From contig OY969763.1 of NCBI GenBank assembly GCA_963702845.1, positions 2,656,001-2,720,000 of the forward strand: a DNA stretch of 64,000 nt, written 5' to 3'. Position numbers and translations under genes: made by a program. The stretch's first letter is position 1. Every line of letters begins with the position of its first letter. This document shows positions 1 through 9,590 of this stretch, in pieces. The notes beneath the pieces are model-generated. The model was not told where the DNA came from. It saw only the letters and a program-made list of their open reading frames with translations, and made no database searches. Origin of the DNA: an uncultured Verrucomicrobiae bacterium (lineage in GTDB: Bacteria > Verrucomicrobiota > Verrucomicrobiia > Limisphaerales > Palsa-1400).

Positions 1-49
1 CGAGCAGCAGGTTGTATATCACCAACCTGCTGTTCGTCGCAATTCAATC
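1..49. repeat. Hairpin repeat, copy 1 (14-bp stem, 8-nt loop TATATCAC); may continue left of the window
   Basis: cgagcagcaggttg-tatatcac-caacctgctgttcg-tcgcaattcaatc matches 6470-6518 at 46 of 49 positions. Confidence 0.85.
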
Positions 50-366
50 ATGGGACATCTTGGTGGCCGGGTCGCTGAAAAAAGGCTAAATGCTAAAGGG
101 AAAAACTACCGATGGCGCGGACGCGGAACCAGAGCTTGCTGCCGCTGGTCAATCCTTTCAACGCAAACTTGGATTTCTCAGAACAAGCGGAGCATTGATA
201 CCGTACGTCAGCGGTTTATCGAATCCCAAAAAAAGATTTCAGAGACTTCAATTGAAACAAAGTTTCATTTGTCCTTTCGATGATCTCAGGTCGGACTCCG
301 CTGGAAAACACCCTTGTTCGCAAATCAAAAACCAGATAACAATCGTTCGAAAAAAACATAGAATAA

Positions 367-807
367 ATGGAAAAAATCATCCCCCTGATCAGCTCCGGGA
401 CGGAAGGTCCGCTTGGTTTAAAACATCTTCCCAGGCTATGGATAAAAACTTTACTGAGTGCGACTGGGCGACTTCCGGAAGGGTACAAGGACATTCGGCC
501 GGGGTTTGACTTTGTCGTGTTGGAAGGTCTAGGGATCAATCCTGACTCTGCTCGCGAATTTATTTTCAACAATCGACCTACCTATCTGTCTTTTGAAAAA
601 TGGATCTCCGAGCAGCCCGGCGTGGATGTTTCTCAAGAGAACATTTCGAAAATCAACGCGCTCCTGGTGGGCAGAATGAAAGCGCCCGAGGCTCGATTCG
701 AAATACTCAGAGAAAGCGGATTGCCTGAAGATACTCCGATAAAGGATGGGATCATGATAAACAATCTGGACGATTGGAAATCAGTTCATGATCAGGTGAC
801 AAAATGA
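367..807 (+). CDS. DUF5069-like protein
   Basis: 146 aa; N-terminal 'IPLISSGTEGPLGLKHLPRLW' and C-terminal 'NNLDDW' resemble DUF5069 proteins (recognised by eye). Confidence 0.65.
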   Translation: MEKIIPLISSGTEGPLGLKHLPRLWIKTLLSATGRLPEGYKDIRPGFDFVVLEGLGINPDSAREFIFNNRPTYLSFEKWISEQPGVDVSQENISKINALLVGRMKAPEARFEILRESGLPEDTPIKDGIMINNLDDWKSVHDQVTK

Positions 808-1601
808 TTCGAACAAATTGGCGTAGAAAAACCGGATTCAGCTTGGTGGAGCTTCTTGTCGTCGTCGCTGTCATCGGCATTTTAGCCGCATTGCTGCTTC
901 CGGTGCTTTCGCGAGCGAAGGATTCCGGACGTTCCACCGCCTGCCGGAATCACCTTCGGCAAATGGGAATAGCCCTCCAACTTTACGCGCAAGACGACAA
1001 GGCCTTGTACCCGCACTACCTTGGTTCGGCTGGCTCTGCTTACGGCGATACCACAGGTCAACGGAGCCGAGCGGCTGGATTGGTCTACTGGTCGTCCAAC
1101 CTTCGCCCTTACGGCATGCTTGCCTGGACGAATCGGGCTTTTCATTGTCCGGGCTACACGGGAGAGATCGCTGCCCCGAAGTGGAAAGATGCTGCGGATC
1201 GCGCCGGCAGTTACGCTTACAATACCTATGGGGTGCGGACGGGCAACACCACCCGAGGAGCTTTTGGGCTCGGTCCAATACAGTATTGGCAGATGGCCCC
1301 CAGACTTTACGTGCCAGCGGTCTCCCAATCGAAAATTGCGTCGCCCAGCGAGTTCCTGGCGATGGGCGACGCTCTCATGAAGGTCGGCACGTCAGGCGCC
1401 TCGGATGTTTGGGGGTGCATCAACGCTTTCGGTGGCGAACTGGTGACTGCTCCTTTCGTGGCACGCCACGGCCGCAAAGACAATCAGGCGTATGTGGACG
1501 GCCATGTTTCGTCCAGAGCCCCAGGCGAGATTTACGATCCGGTGAAGACGGCCCCATTGTGGAACTACGACCACCGCTCGCATGAGGAGCTATGGAAGTA
1601 G
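804..1601 (+). CDS. Prepilin-type N-terminal cleavage/methylation protein with H-X9-DG motif
   Basis: GFSLVELLVVVAVIGILAALLLP cleavage/methylation motif, then C-x-N-H-L-R-Q; C-terminal 'RHGRKDNQAYVDGHV'; ATGA overlap with the upstream gene. Confidence 0.9.
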   Translation: MIRTNWRRKTGFSLVELLVVVAVIGILAALLLPVLSRAKDSGRSTACRNHLRQMGIALQLYAQDDKALYPHYLGSAGSAYGDTTGQRSRAAGLVYWSSNLRPYGMLAWTNRAFHCPGYTGEIAAPKWKDAADRAGSYAYNTYGVRTGNTTRGAFGLGPIQYWQMAPRLYVPAVSQSKIASPSEFLAMGDALMKVGTSGASDVWGCINAFGGELVTAPFVARHGRKDNQAYVDGHVSSRAPGEIYDPVKTAPLWNYDHRSHEELWK

Positions 1602-1657
1602 TGATTCAAATGGCCAAACATCGGCCGTGGGTCGCTGAGCCGCTGAAGGCAGACTGA

Positions 1658-2158
1658 GTGAGTTACTACACATCAATTTTCTGGGATTTAATCCACACTC
1701 CGTTTCAGCATATTGAGCTGATTTGGGGAATTGTGCCGCTCTACTTCGCCCTGCTGGTGAGCGAATTGAACTCCGCCAAGGCGAATTTCCGCACGGCGAT
1801 TCAGACGGGCTTCAGTTTTATCTGGGCGGCGGCGCAGTGGCTCTACCTTTACCGCCAAGCGCACCCGCATCTGGGGATTCAGGTGGAACCGCGCCCGGTG
1901 GTGCCGATCAACCTGTTCGTCACGTTCCTGGTGCTGGCGTTGGGTGCGGTGGCCTTGTTCAGCGGGCTGCGGCATCGCTTCCCCAGGTATGGCTCGTTCC
2001 TGGGCCAGACACGGTTTGCCAATTATTTCATGATCACGATCTATCCCATCCAGGCGCATTATTTTGTTTGGACGTGGGATCGTTTGGCGGCGATTGCAAT
2101 GTTTGCGGTGCCGGTGTGGCTGTTGCTGCACTTTGGGTTAATGCCGCTTAGGAAATAA
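1658..2158 (+). CDS. Hypothetical membrane protein
   Basis: 166 aa, GTG start, about 5 hydrophobic segments. Confidence 0.7.
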   Translation: MSYYTSIFWDLIHTPFQHIELIWGIVPLYFALLVSELNSAKANFRTAIQTGFSFIWAAAQWLYLYRQAHPHLGIQVEPRPVVPINLFVTFLVLALGAVALFSGLRHRFPRYGSFLGQTRFANYFMITIYPIQAHYFVWTWDRLAAIAMFAVPVWLLLHFGLMPLRK

Positions 2159-2199
2159 GACCGTCCGACCCATGACATCCATCCATTCGCGAAGAAATG

Positions 2200-2281
2200 T
2201 GTAGGAGACGAGGTGACGAGTCTCTGACTTCCTGTCGGACGAGCGGAGTTCAATTTGAGACTTGTCACCTCGTCTCCTACA
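2200..2281. repeat. GTAG-type REP doublet (REPIN-like inverted repeat)
   Basis: tgtaggagacgaggtgacgagtctc ... gagacttgtcacctcgtctcctaca: 25-nt arms with one G:T pair; intergenic. Confidence 0.85.
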
Positions 2282-2329
2282 AAATTAAATTTTTGTCGCT
2301 TAGCCTGATGGCTGTTTTATTCTGGCGCG

Positions 2330-3376
2330 GTGAACCTGTCTATTCTGACCGCTTCCATTTTTCTGAGCGCAAGCATCGCCGCGCAGGCCGATAAAGCCGA
2401 TAGGTACCTGAATGCCCAAATGCGCGAGCATCGCATCCCCGGCCTTGCCTTACGCGTGCTTCGCAATGGCAAACCGATCAAGACGGCAGCTTATGGGCTG
2501 GCCAATATTGAATTGAACGTGCCGGTCACTTCGAAGTCGGTTTTCGAGATTGGTTCGGACACGAAACAATTCACTGCCGCCTGCATTCTCCTTTTGCAGC
2601 AGGAAGGAAAGCTCTCGGTTGATGACCCGATCACGAAATATCTAAAGGATGCCCCCGCGGATTGGAGCAACATTCGCATCCGCCATCTGCTTTCGCACAC
2701 GTCCGGGTTGAAAAGTTACACCGTCCTCGATGGTTTCGCCCTGACCCGCCATCTCACCCAAAAACAATTCATCGATCTCATCGCCAAACAGCCGCGCGAA
2801 TTCGCGCCGGGCGAGGCTTTCAATTATTGCAATACCGGCTACAACCTTCTCGGGCTGATTGTTGAAAATGTCAGTGGCGCGCATTACTGGCAGTTTCTGC
2901 GGGAACGCATCTTCCAACCCTTGGGCATGAACTCCACCACTTCGCGCGACCCGTCGATCATCGTCACCAATCGCGTGAACGGTTACGAGCATCCGCGTCG
3001 GGGTGGCTTGATCAACCGCGACTACGACCTCACGGACATCTTTGCCGCTGGTGCGATCGTGTCGACCGTCGAGGATCTCAGCCGTTGGAATAACGCTCTC
3101 GACACCGATAAACTTCTCAGCAGGGAAAGCAAACGGCAGATGTGGACCCCGGCCAAACTGAACAATGGCACAGAGACCGACTACGGGTTTGGCTGGCGCA
3201 TTTCAACGGTGGATGGCCACAGGAACATTGGCCACGGCGGCTCTACCTCTGGATTTTCTGCCACGATCCAGCGATTTCCGGACGATCATCTCGTGGTGAT
3301 CATCCTCAGCAACACTGACGAGGAAATCGCCACCAAGCTCGGTAAGCAAGTCGCCACATTCTACTTTGCCAAATGA
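2330..3376 (+). CDS. Serine hydrolase, beta-lactamase class C / AmpC-like
   Basis: Signal peptide; SxxK (SDTK), LLSHTSG, YxN (YCN) and HGG motifs. Confidence 0.9.
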   Translation: MNLSILTASIFLSASIAAQADKADRYLNAQMREHRIPGLALRVLRNGKPIKTAAYGLANIELNVPVTSKSVFEIGSDTKQFTAACILLLQQEGKLSVDDPITKYLKDAPADWSNIRIRHLLSHTSGLKSYTVLDGFALTRHLTQKQFIDLIAKQPREFAPGEAFNYCNTGYNLLGLIVENVSGAHYWQFLRERIFQPLGMNSTTSRDPSIIVTNRVNGYEHPRRGGLINRDYDLTDIFAAGAIVSTVEDLSRWNNALDTDKLLSRESKRQMWTPAKLNNGTETDYGFGWRISTVDGHRNIGHGGSTSGFSATIQRFPDDHLVVIILSNTDEEIATKLGKQVATFYFAK

Positions 3377-3573
3377 GCTCCCGACCGCTGCTGTCTATAA
3401 AAAGCGCGCGTCTTGAATTCTACTCGGGCATTGGTGGTTCCCTCTAAAATCGTCGGCAGTATCAACTGGACGTCGGTTGAATTCTTAAGGCCCTCACAGA
3501 GTTGAGCGCCAAAACGGTTCAAGGGTTTGACCTTGATCAAAGTCAATAAAACCGAAAAAATTCCAGTCCGTTT

Positions 3574-6093
3574 ATGAAAACTACCCAACTGGCCCTTCTC
3601 GGTGCGCTCCTTGCTTTCAGCTCGTTACATCTTTTCGCCGCCCCACTTAATTGGGATCCGGCCGGAAGCGCAGGTGCGGCGCTGGGAGGACCTGGAAACT
3701 GGGACCAGGCATCGTCCGATTGGTTCAACGGAACAGTCGATATGATTTGGGCCAACGCCAACAACGATGACGCGATTTTCTCTGGAACCGCCGGCACGGT
3801 CACATTGACGGAAAATATTTCCGCCGGAAATTTATATTTTACCAACGCGACCGGGAATTACGTTATTGGGAATGCGACAGGCGCGGAAGTTTTGACTGTT
3901 GCCGGAGCCGTTGACACTGGCGGCGGTGAACATATCGTCACCGCGCCGATCGGCAATTCGAGCACGCTGAACAAGAATGGCGCAGGACGGTTGCATTTGC
4001 CCGTGGACAACGGTGCGACCCTCACCGGCGCTGTGGTGATCAACCAAGGCGATCTTTCGGTTGAGAACAATAATGGCGCGGGCCAATATACTTCGATAAC
4101 GGTAGCCGACGGCGCGGCTTTGGTGTTGAACGGCGGCGCTACGGGGTTGCCTGGGTTTTATGCTAACGTGACCATCAATGGTTCAGGCATCACCAACAGC
4201 GGGGCGCTTCGGAACCTGTCGGGTGTAACGACTTTTTATGGACAGATTACATTGGGAGAGAACAACAGTGTCATTTATGCGGATAGCGGCAGCGCTTTGG
4301 CTTACCTCGGGTCAAGCCCGCTTACCGACAATGGAAATAATTATAATCTGATTATCAGCGGGTCGGGGACGGGCAACGTTCATTTGGGTCAAACCAGCAT
4401 TGGCGGGACCCTGTTCGTCCAAGGCCCCGCGTCGTGTTACGCTTACCTGACCTCAATTACGCCGGCAGCTTGGAAAAGCACGTCTATCTCGAGAGGCGGC
4501 ACGCTTTACGTCGAGGACGCTACCTGCTTTGGAACGCAACCGGGCACACTGATGACGACAAACGTGCTTTTGGATGGCGGCACGATTAACTCGACTGGCA
4601 CCTACACAATGTATGCCACCGATGGTATCACGGGGACCACCAATGGCGGCACATTGACTGTCGCTAGTGGAACCTTGACGACCTGCAATATTTACAGCCA
4701 ATCAAATGCCGCTGTTACACTCGGAGGCGCGGGAAGCAGTAGACCCGGCGGTGCGGCTGGCGCAACGACCGGCACCATCAATTTGGGCGCAGGAGCCCTC
4801 ATCAAGAGCGGCGGCGGCGATTGCCATTTGGGTTTCGCCAATCCTGCGCTTGAAATCTACAGCAACCTCGTGGTGAACGGCGGCAGCGTCACTTTCAATT
4901 ACGATGTGACCGCCGGTCAAATAACTAGTTTGGGAGCGGTGCCCAGCACTCTCAATGCGTCGAACATCGTGTTAAATGGAGGCCAGCTGCACGTCGGTCA
5001 CAGCACCACGATCGGCGCCACGCGCGGGATCTACGTTGCGTCGGGTGGCGGAACCATCGAGGATGTCACTTCCGGCGGAACTGTGACTGTCGCGTCGCCA
5101 ATCAGCGGGCCGGGCAGTATGAACTTTCCCCTGGGCAAGACCGGCAGCACCACGACGGTGGCTTTAACGACCAATAACAGCTATGCCGGAACGACAACAG
5201 TCGGCGCCAGTAGCATCCTCAACGTTGGCGCAGGCGGCGCGAATGGAACGCTCGGCGCGGGCAATACCACTGACAACGGCACGCTGATAATCAGTCGAAC
5301 GGGCAGCTATTCATACAACAAGATCATCAGCGGCACCGGGTCATTGACCAAAAGCGCGAGCGGGACCCTCACCCTCACCGGCGCGAGTACTTATTCCGGC
5401 CCCACCACCAACACCACTGGCGCGCTGTTTATTAACAACACCAGTGGCAGCGGAACAGGCACCGGCTCTGTGTTCATCACCTCGGGCACCCTTGGCGGAA
5501 ACGGCTCTATCAGCGGCGCGGTCACGATGAATTCCGGTTCGACGCTTGCTCCGGGACCGACGGCCTTGTCGGTGGGGACATTGACCATTAGCAACAATCT
5601 CACCATTGGCGGCAACGTAGCCATTGCCATCAATAAATCACTTTCACCAAGCAACAGCGCGGTGGTTGTTACTGGCGCCTTGACCGATTCCGGCGCGGGA
5701 ACGCTAAACGTTACCAACCTGGGCCCGGCGCTCGCCGTGGGCGACAGGTTCCAAATCTTCAACCAACCTCTCACCGGCAATGCCATGGCGGTTTCGGGCG
5801 GCGGAGTAATTTGGAACAATAATCTTGCGGTGGATGGCTCCATTTCCGTCGCCACAGTGCCGACCCCGGGCATCGCCAGTTATTCATTCAGCGCTGGCAA
5901 CCTGATCCTGGCGGGAACCAATGGCTATCCGTCGGCTGGTTTCAGCGTGCTGACCTCCACCAACGTGGCCGCTTCCCTGACGAATTGGACGACCTTCACC
6001 ACCGGGTCCTATGACGCGAGCGGCAATTTTGCCATCACCAACGCCATCACGAACACCGCCCCTACGCAGTTCTTCGTTATCAAGTCGCATTAA
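3574..6093 (+). CDS. Secreted autotransporter-associated beta-strand repeat protein
   Basis: 839 aa, signal peptide, G/T/N/S-rich; repeats such as 'SGTGSLTKSASGTLTLTGASTYSGPT' and 'LNKNGAGRLHL'; C-terminal 'STNV...NW...QFFVIK' domain. Confidence 0.9.
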   Translation: MKTTQLALLGALLAFSSLHLFAAPLNWDPAGSAGAALGGPGNWDQASSDWFNGTVDMIWANANNDDAIFSGTAGTVTLTENISAGNLYFTNATGNYVIGNATGAEVLTVAGAVDTGGGEHIVTAPIGNSSTLNKNGAGRLHLPVDNGATLTGAVVINQGDLSVENNNGAGQYTSITVADGAALVLNGGATGLPGFYANVTINGSGITNSGALRNLSGVTTFYGQITLGENNSVIYADSGSALAYLGSSPLTDNGNNYNLIISGSGTGNVHLGQTSIGGTLFVQGPASCYAYLTSITPAAWKSTSISRGGTLYVEDATCFGTQPGTLMTTNVLLDGGTINSTGTYTMYATDGITGTTNGGTLTVASGTLTTCNIYSQSNAAVTLGGAGSSRPGGAAGATTGTINLGAGALIKSGGGDCHLGFANPALEIYSNLVVNGGSVTFNYDVTAGQITSLGAVPSTLNASNIVLNGGQLHVGHSTTIGATRGIYVASGGGTIEDVTSGGTVTVASPISGPGSMNFPLGKTGSTTTVALTTNNSYAGTTTVGASSILNVGAGGANGTLGAGNTTDNGTLIISRTGSYSYNKIISGTGSLTKSASGTLTLTGASTYSGPTTNTTGALFINNTSGSGTGTGSVFITSGTLGGNGSISGAVTMNSGSTLAPGPTALSVGTLTISNNLTIGGNVAIAINKSLSPSNSAVVVTGALTDSGAGTLNVTNLGPALAVGDRFQIFNQPLTGNAMAVSGGGVIWNNNLAVDGSISVATVPTPGIASYSFSAGNLILAGTNGYPSAGFSVLTSTNVAASLTNWTTFTTGSYDASGNFAITNAITNTAPTQFFVIKSH

Positions 6094-6168
6094 GCTCTCC
6101 GCGCCGGACACAAACATCCCGAGCCGGCATAACCGGTTGGGTTAAAGTTCAAGAAGCAAAGCGGAGGC

Positions 6169-6459
6169 TCACGATGCGCTCTTTTTCGAAAACGGCAGAC
6201 TAAACAACAAACCCCAGCAAAGACTCTGCAAAATCATCACTAGAGTGCTTCCTTCGGAGCCAAATCCTTCCCGGTGGTGCAGCAGCTTAAATATCGTAGT
6301 CAGAGGAAAAGTAAAAATATACATCGGGATCTCCCAAGAACCGTGTCCGCCAGTAGGACTCGTCGCTTCCGCAGCTGCTAGAACGATGCAGCCAAATCCC
6401 AGCAGGAGATGAATAATCCCAATTACAATAGCGACTGTGAAATTGGGGCGCAGATGCAT
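6169..6459 (-). CDS. Small hypothetical membrane protein
   Basis: Three hydrophobic segments; ATG at 6459 preferred because the longer ORF runs through the 6470-6518 hairpin. Confidence 0.5.
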   Translation of the reverse strand: MHLRPNFTVAIVIGIIHLLLGFGCIVLAAAEATSPTGGHGSWEIPMYIFTFPLTTIFKLLHHREGFGSEGSTLVMILQSLCWGLLFSLPFSKKSAS

Positions 6460-6469
6460 ACAGATTGTC

Positions 6470-6518
6470 CGAACAGCGGGTTGTATATCACCAACCCGCT
6501 GTTCGTCGCAATTCAATC
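6470..6518. repeat. Hairpin repeat, copy 2
   Basis: cgaacagcgggttg-tatatcac-caacccgctgttcg is a perfect 14-bp stem, 7 nt past the stop of 6526-7146. Confidence 0.85.
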
Positions 6519-6525
6519 GCGCAGT

Positions 6526-7146
6526 TTACGGGGCGCAGGTGACAATCACGCTTTCGCTCCAGGTGCCGACTTCCACGCCGTCCAAAACATACACCGCCTT
6601 ATACTCGCGTTGCTCCGGTTTGCCGGCGGCGAGCAGCACGCGGGTGTCGACGTAGGGCGACTCGGTGTCGCGGGCCAGGAAACTGAATTCGGTCTCCGCG
6701 CCGCGTCGGCAATAGATGTTCACGCCGTCGCCCTTGGGGTTGGTGAAGTCGATCTGGGCCTGGCCGTTGACCAGCGGTTTGCCGGTGATTTTCGGCGCGG
6801 CGGTGTGGATGTCGAAGGTGTCTTCGGCTCCGTTGATGCCGTAAGTGTCGCCCACGCCCGGATTGTAGGCGGCGCTGGATTTGATGCGATTGGCCAAACC
6901 GCGGCTCTGGGCGATGGCGATGATGAGGCTGGTGTTTTTGGCGGTGACGGCGTTTTTGGCCGCCACTTGCGCGGTGTTGTTGGCGCTTATTTTGGTGTGC
7001 AAATCGGTGTTGGCGGCGCCGATGGCGGTGACCTCGCCGGCGGTCAAACCGTAAGTCGTCCCGCTGGCGACGGCCGCAGCCTTGAAGATGTCGTGCCAGG
7101 CGAGGAACTCTGCGTCTTTGTGGGGGATGAAGTCTTTTCTAGCCAT
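6526..7146 (-). CDS. Conserved hypothetical protein (N-terminal DFIPxxDxEFxxW helical part; beta-rich, possibly FN3/Ig-like C-terminus)
   Basis: 206 aa, coding-like composition; C-terminal 'GVNIYCRR...FLARDTESPYVDTR...REYKAVY...VGTWS'. Confidence 0.8.
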   Translation of the reverse strand: MARKDFIPHKDAEFLAWHDIFKAAAVASGTTYGLTAGEVTAIGAANTDLHTKISANNTAQVAAKNAVTAKNTSLIIAIAQSRGLANRIKSSAAYNPGVGDTYGINGAEDTFDIHTAAPKITGKPLVNGQAQIDFTNPKGDGVNIYCRRGAETEFSFLARDTESPYVDTRVLLAAGKPEQREYKAVYVLDGVEVGTWSESVIVTCAP

Positions 7147-7231
7147 ATGTTCTTTGTATTTAAGTGGTTAACTGACTCTGGACGTTTCCACGGGATGCCC
7201 GGGAAATTCCCCCGAACGCTCGGGGGAAAAT

Positions 7232-7462
7232 CTGGAAGCTCTGGCGGCACCGCCAGAGACGCTGGCGGTAGAGCCAGAGGTTCTGGCGCTAAAGCTGGAT
7301 GTTCCGGCGGTGCGGCTGGAACGGCTGGCGGTGCCGCTGGAAGTTCTGGCTAGACCGCTGGCGGTTGCGGCGGTGCCGCTAGAAATTCCAGCGGTAAGTC
7401 CAGAAGGCGTAGCGGTGCGGCTGAACAGTCCAGCGGTGCGGCTGGAGTCCCCATCCCTGTCC
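7232..7462. repeat. Degenerate 21-nt tandem array, about 11 units
   Basis: Units start at 7232, 7253, 7274, 7295, 7316, 7337, 7358, 7379, 7400, 7421 and 7442; consensus approx. CTGGAAGTTCTGGCGGTGCCG. Confidence 0.85.
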
Positions 7463-7515
7463 CGACCACCCGCCGGGACGGCGTATGCTGACGCGCGTGC
7501 CATGATTCGCCCGGG

Positions 7516-7543
7516 ATTGTTCCCGACACGTTCACCGTGTCAA
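7516..7543 (-). promoter_or_regulatory. Putative sigma70 promoter upstream of the 21-nt array
   Basis: Minus strand TTGACA-16 nt-AACAAT. Confidence 0.5.
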
Positions 7544-7653
7544 GCGTTACATAGGTGGTTTGCTTGTGTGCGGCAATAGGATGGCGAGCAATATGCCAGC
7601 AAATATTGTGGCCGAAAGCAGGATCCAAAACCATCGTTTGCGATAGAACGGTG

Positions 7654-7860
7654 TCATTTGCCCTTGTCTCGCTTAACAAACTGATAAATACCGCCAACCA
7701 GCAATATTCCCGCACCCAACAACTTCAAGGCGACAAATAATGGAGACTCCTTTTGGTGTGTAGTTTTCAACGACAGCATGAGAAGGCAAAGTGCAGTGCA
7801 AAAAATAAGCATGAAGAACCTACGTCCCCAAAATCTTCGCTTTTTTGGTATTTGGTTCAT
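7654..7860 (-). CDS. Small two-TM hypothetical membrane protein
   Basis: 68 aa; basic N-terminus, two hydrophobic helices, basic tail. Confidence 0.5.
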   Translation of the reverse strand: MNQIPKKRRFWGRRFFMLIFCTALCLLMLSLKTTHQKESPLFVALKLLGAGILLVGGIYQFVKRDKGK

Positions 7861-7875
7861 CTACAATTCTCGCCT

Positions 7876-8089
7876 TTATTTACCCGCCGCCGCCGCCGGC
7901 ACATAGACCACTCGATTGGGCTGCGTCGGCGCATAGGCGTTGCGTTGGGGAATGTTGGCGCGATGGAACGGTTTGTAATCCTTGATCGCCCCAACTCGCG
8001 CGATGCGCAGCGACTTGCGAATGATTCCCTTGCCGCCGTTGCTGTCGCTGAACTTGCCTTCGCCGTAGCCCACGCCTTTTGTCCCGGAG
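7876..8089 (-). pseudogene. Orphan 3' fragment duplicating the C-terminus of 9591-10667
   Basis: 7895-8089 aligns without gaps to 9622-9816 (14 mismatches in 195 nt by manual count); has its own stop codon. Confidence 0.85.
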
Positions 8090-8105
8090 TGCTCGTCGTC
8101 CAGTT

Positions 8106-9502
8106 TCATTGCGATTGTAGAATGTAGAACTGCTGGGCGACGTTGGGATCAATGTTCAGAGATGACGGTTTGTGCTGGCCGTCGGTCAAAGTGAAATTAT
8201 TGCTGCCCCGAATGCTGATAGTATTAGTCCAAATCGTTGTCCACGGTCCGGGCGGATCGCTAAGGTTCGTGGTCGCGAGCAAATAATTTAGGCCACCAAA
8301 ATAACAGGTCCCGACAAGCTGCAGATTGGTGTTTGAAACAATGCTGATACTCGTCAGCACAGGCTCCGGCGCGGGAACAATCCGTTCGGGAAACTGACAA
8401 TTGCCCGTAAAACCATCGCCAAGTTGATAATAGGTGTCCTGACCCATTCCCCAAAGGACGCCGTCGGATTTCAAATACAGACTGTGATGGGCCTCACATC
8501 CCTTTGCGACTGCAATAACATCGCAATCCACGAGAGTCGGCTTGTTTGTGCTGCCAACGCCGCCAATGCCAAGCTGGCCGTATTGGTTTGCGCCCATGAC
8601 ATACAGGCAACCGTCGGACTTAAGAAAGAGACAGTGTTGCCATGCCCCAGCGATTGCGACAACGTTGCTGGACACAATCTGCACCGGCCGATTGGTGACG
8701 TAGACGGTCTCGCCGAGTTGTCCAAAAACGCCGGAACCCATTCCCCAAAGGCTGCCGTCAGATTTTAAAAACAGGCTGAAGCCACCGCCGCCTGCAATAG
8801 AAACAACCCCGTTGGAAATGATCTGCTCGGGTTGGTTTGTATTGCTCAAAGTACATCCCCGAGCTGACCATTGAAATTGGCCCCCATCGCCCAAAGACTG
8901 CTATCAGATTTCAGGAAGAGACTATGATCTTCTCCAGCGGCTATGGCTGTAACATCGCTATCGACGATTTTCTGCGGTCGGTTTGTCGTTGTGAACGTTC
9001 CATTTCCGAGCGAGCCATAATTGTTGTAGCCCATCGACCAAAGGCTTCCGTCCGATTTAAGAAAAAGAGAATGGTTACCTCCAGCAGCGATCGCCACCAC
9101 TCCCTGCGATACGATCTGCTCCGGTTTGTTCGTGTCGGTGAAAGTTCCATCGCCGAGTGCGCCGTATTGGTTCGACCCCATGACCCAAAGACTTCCGTCC
9201 GATTTAATAAACAGACTGTGACGAAATCCGGTGGCGATTGCCGTCACGCTGTTGGAGACGATCAACTCCGGTCGTTTGGCCGGATTCAGAGTCCCATCGC
9301 CAAGCTGGCCGGCGACATTATTTCCCATGGCCCAAAGACTGCCATCAGATTTGACGTATAGGCTGTAAAGATCACCAACGGCACTGTTAGTCACCGTTAC
9401 AGCGCCGATCGCGAAAATTCTAGAAAGCAACAAGGCCAGAACACCCAATTTGACCATCAAGATTGCACGGTAAGGCCGTGCGCTAAAAGAGGGTGCTTTC
9501 AT
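8106..9502 (-). pseudogene. Secreted RCC1-repeat (BLIP-II-like beta-propeller) protein, split by a 1-nt deletion near 8855 (pseudogene or sequencing error)
   Basis: ORFs 8846-9502 and 8106-8894 both carry 'HSLFLKSDGSLWxMGxNxxGQLGDGT' repeats; adding one G (gat g[g]t act ttg) restores GQLGDGTLSNTNQPEQI. Confidence 0.85.
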
Positions 9503-9590
9503 TCGCTATCTTATTGAACCACCGCGTTGGAACTTGCAAGCGGCTTTCTTTCCGCAACCGTCCAACGAAAATGCGCCCTTTACCTCAGCC

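Noticed and set aside
52..1640. Short similarity (ggccg..ggtcgctga) at about 65-78 and 1623-1638 flanking two genes
   Set aside because: Too short and gapped to distinguish from chance.
6470..6518. Integron attC site
   Set aside because: GAAC...GTTC ends are suggestive, but the hairpin is only 36 nt, lacks extrahelical bases and a GTTRRRY core, and no integrase is seen.
6409..7353. 314-aa plus-strand ORF
   Set aside because: Antisense shadow of 6526-7146 and of the repeat array; no recognisable motifs.
7232..7462. CRISPR array
   Set aside because: Units are contiguous and degenerate with no unique spacers; no cas genes are present.
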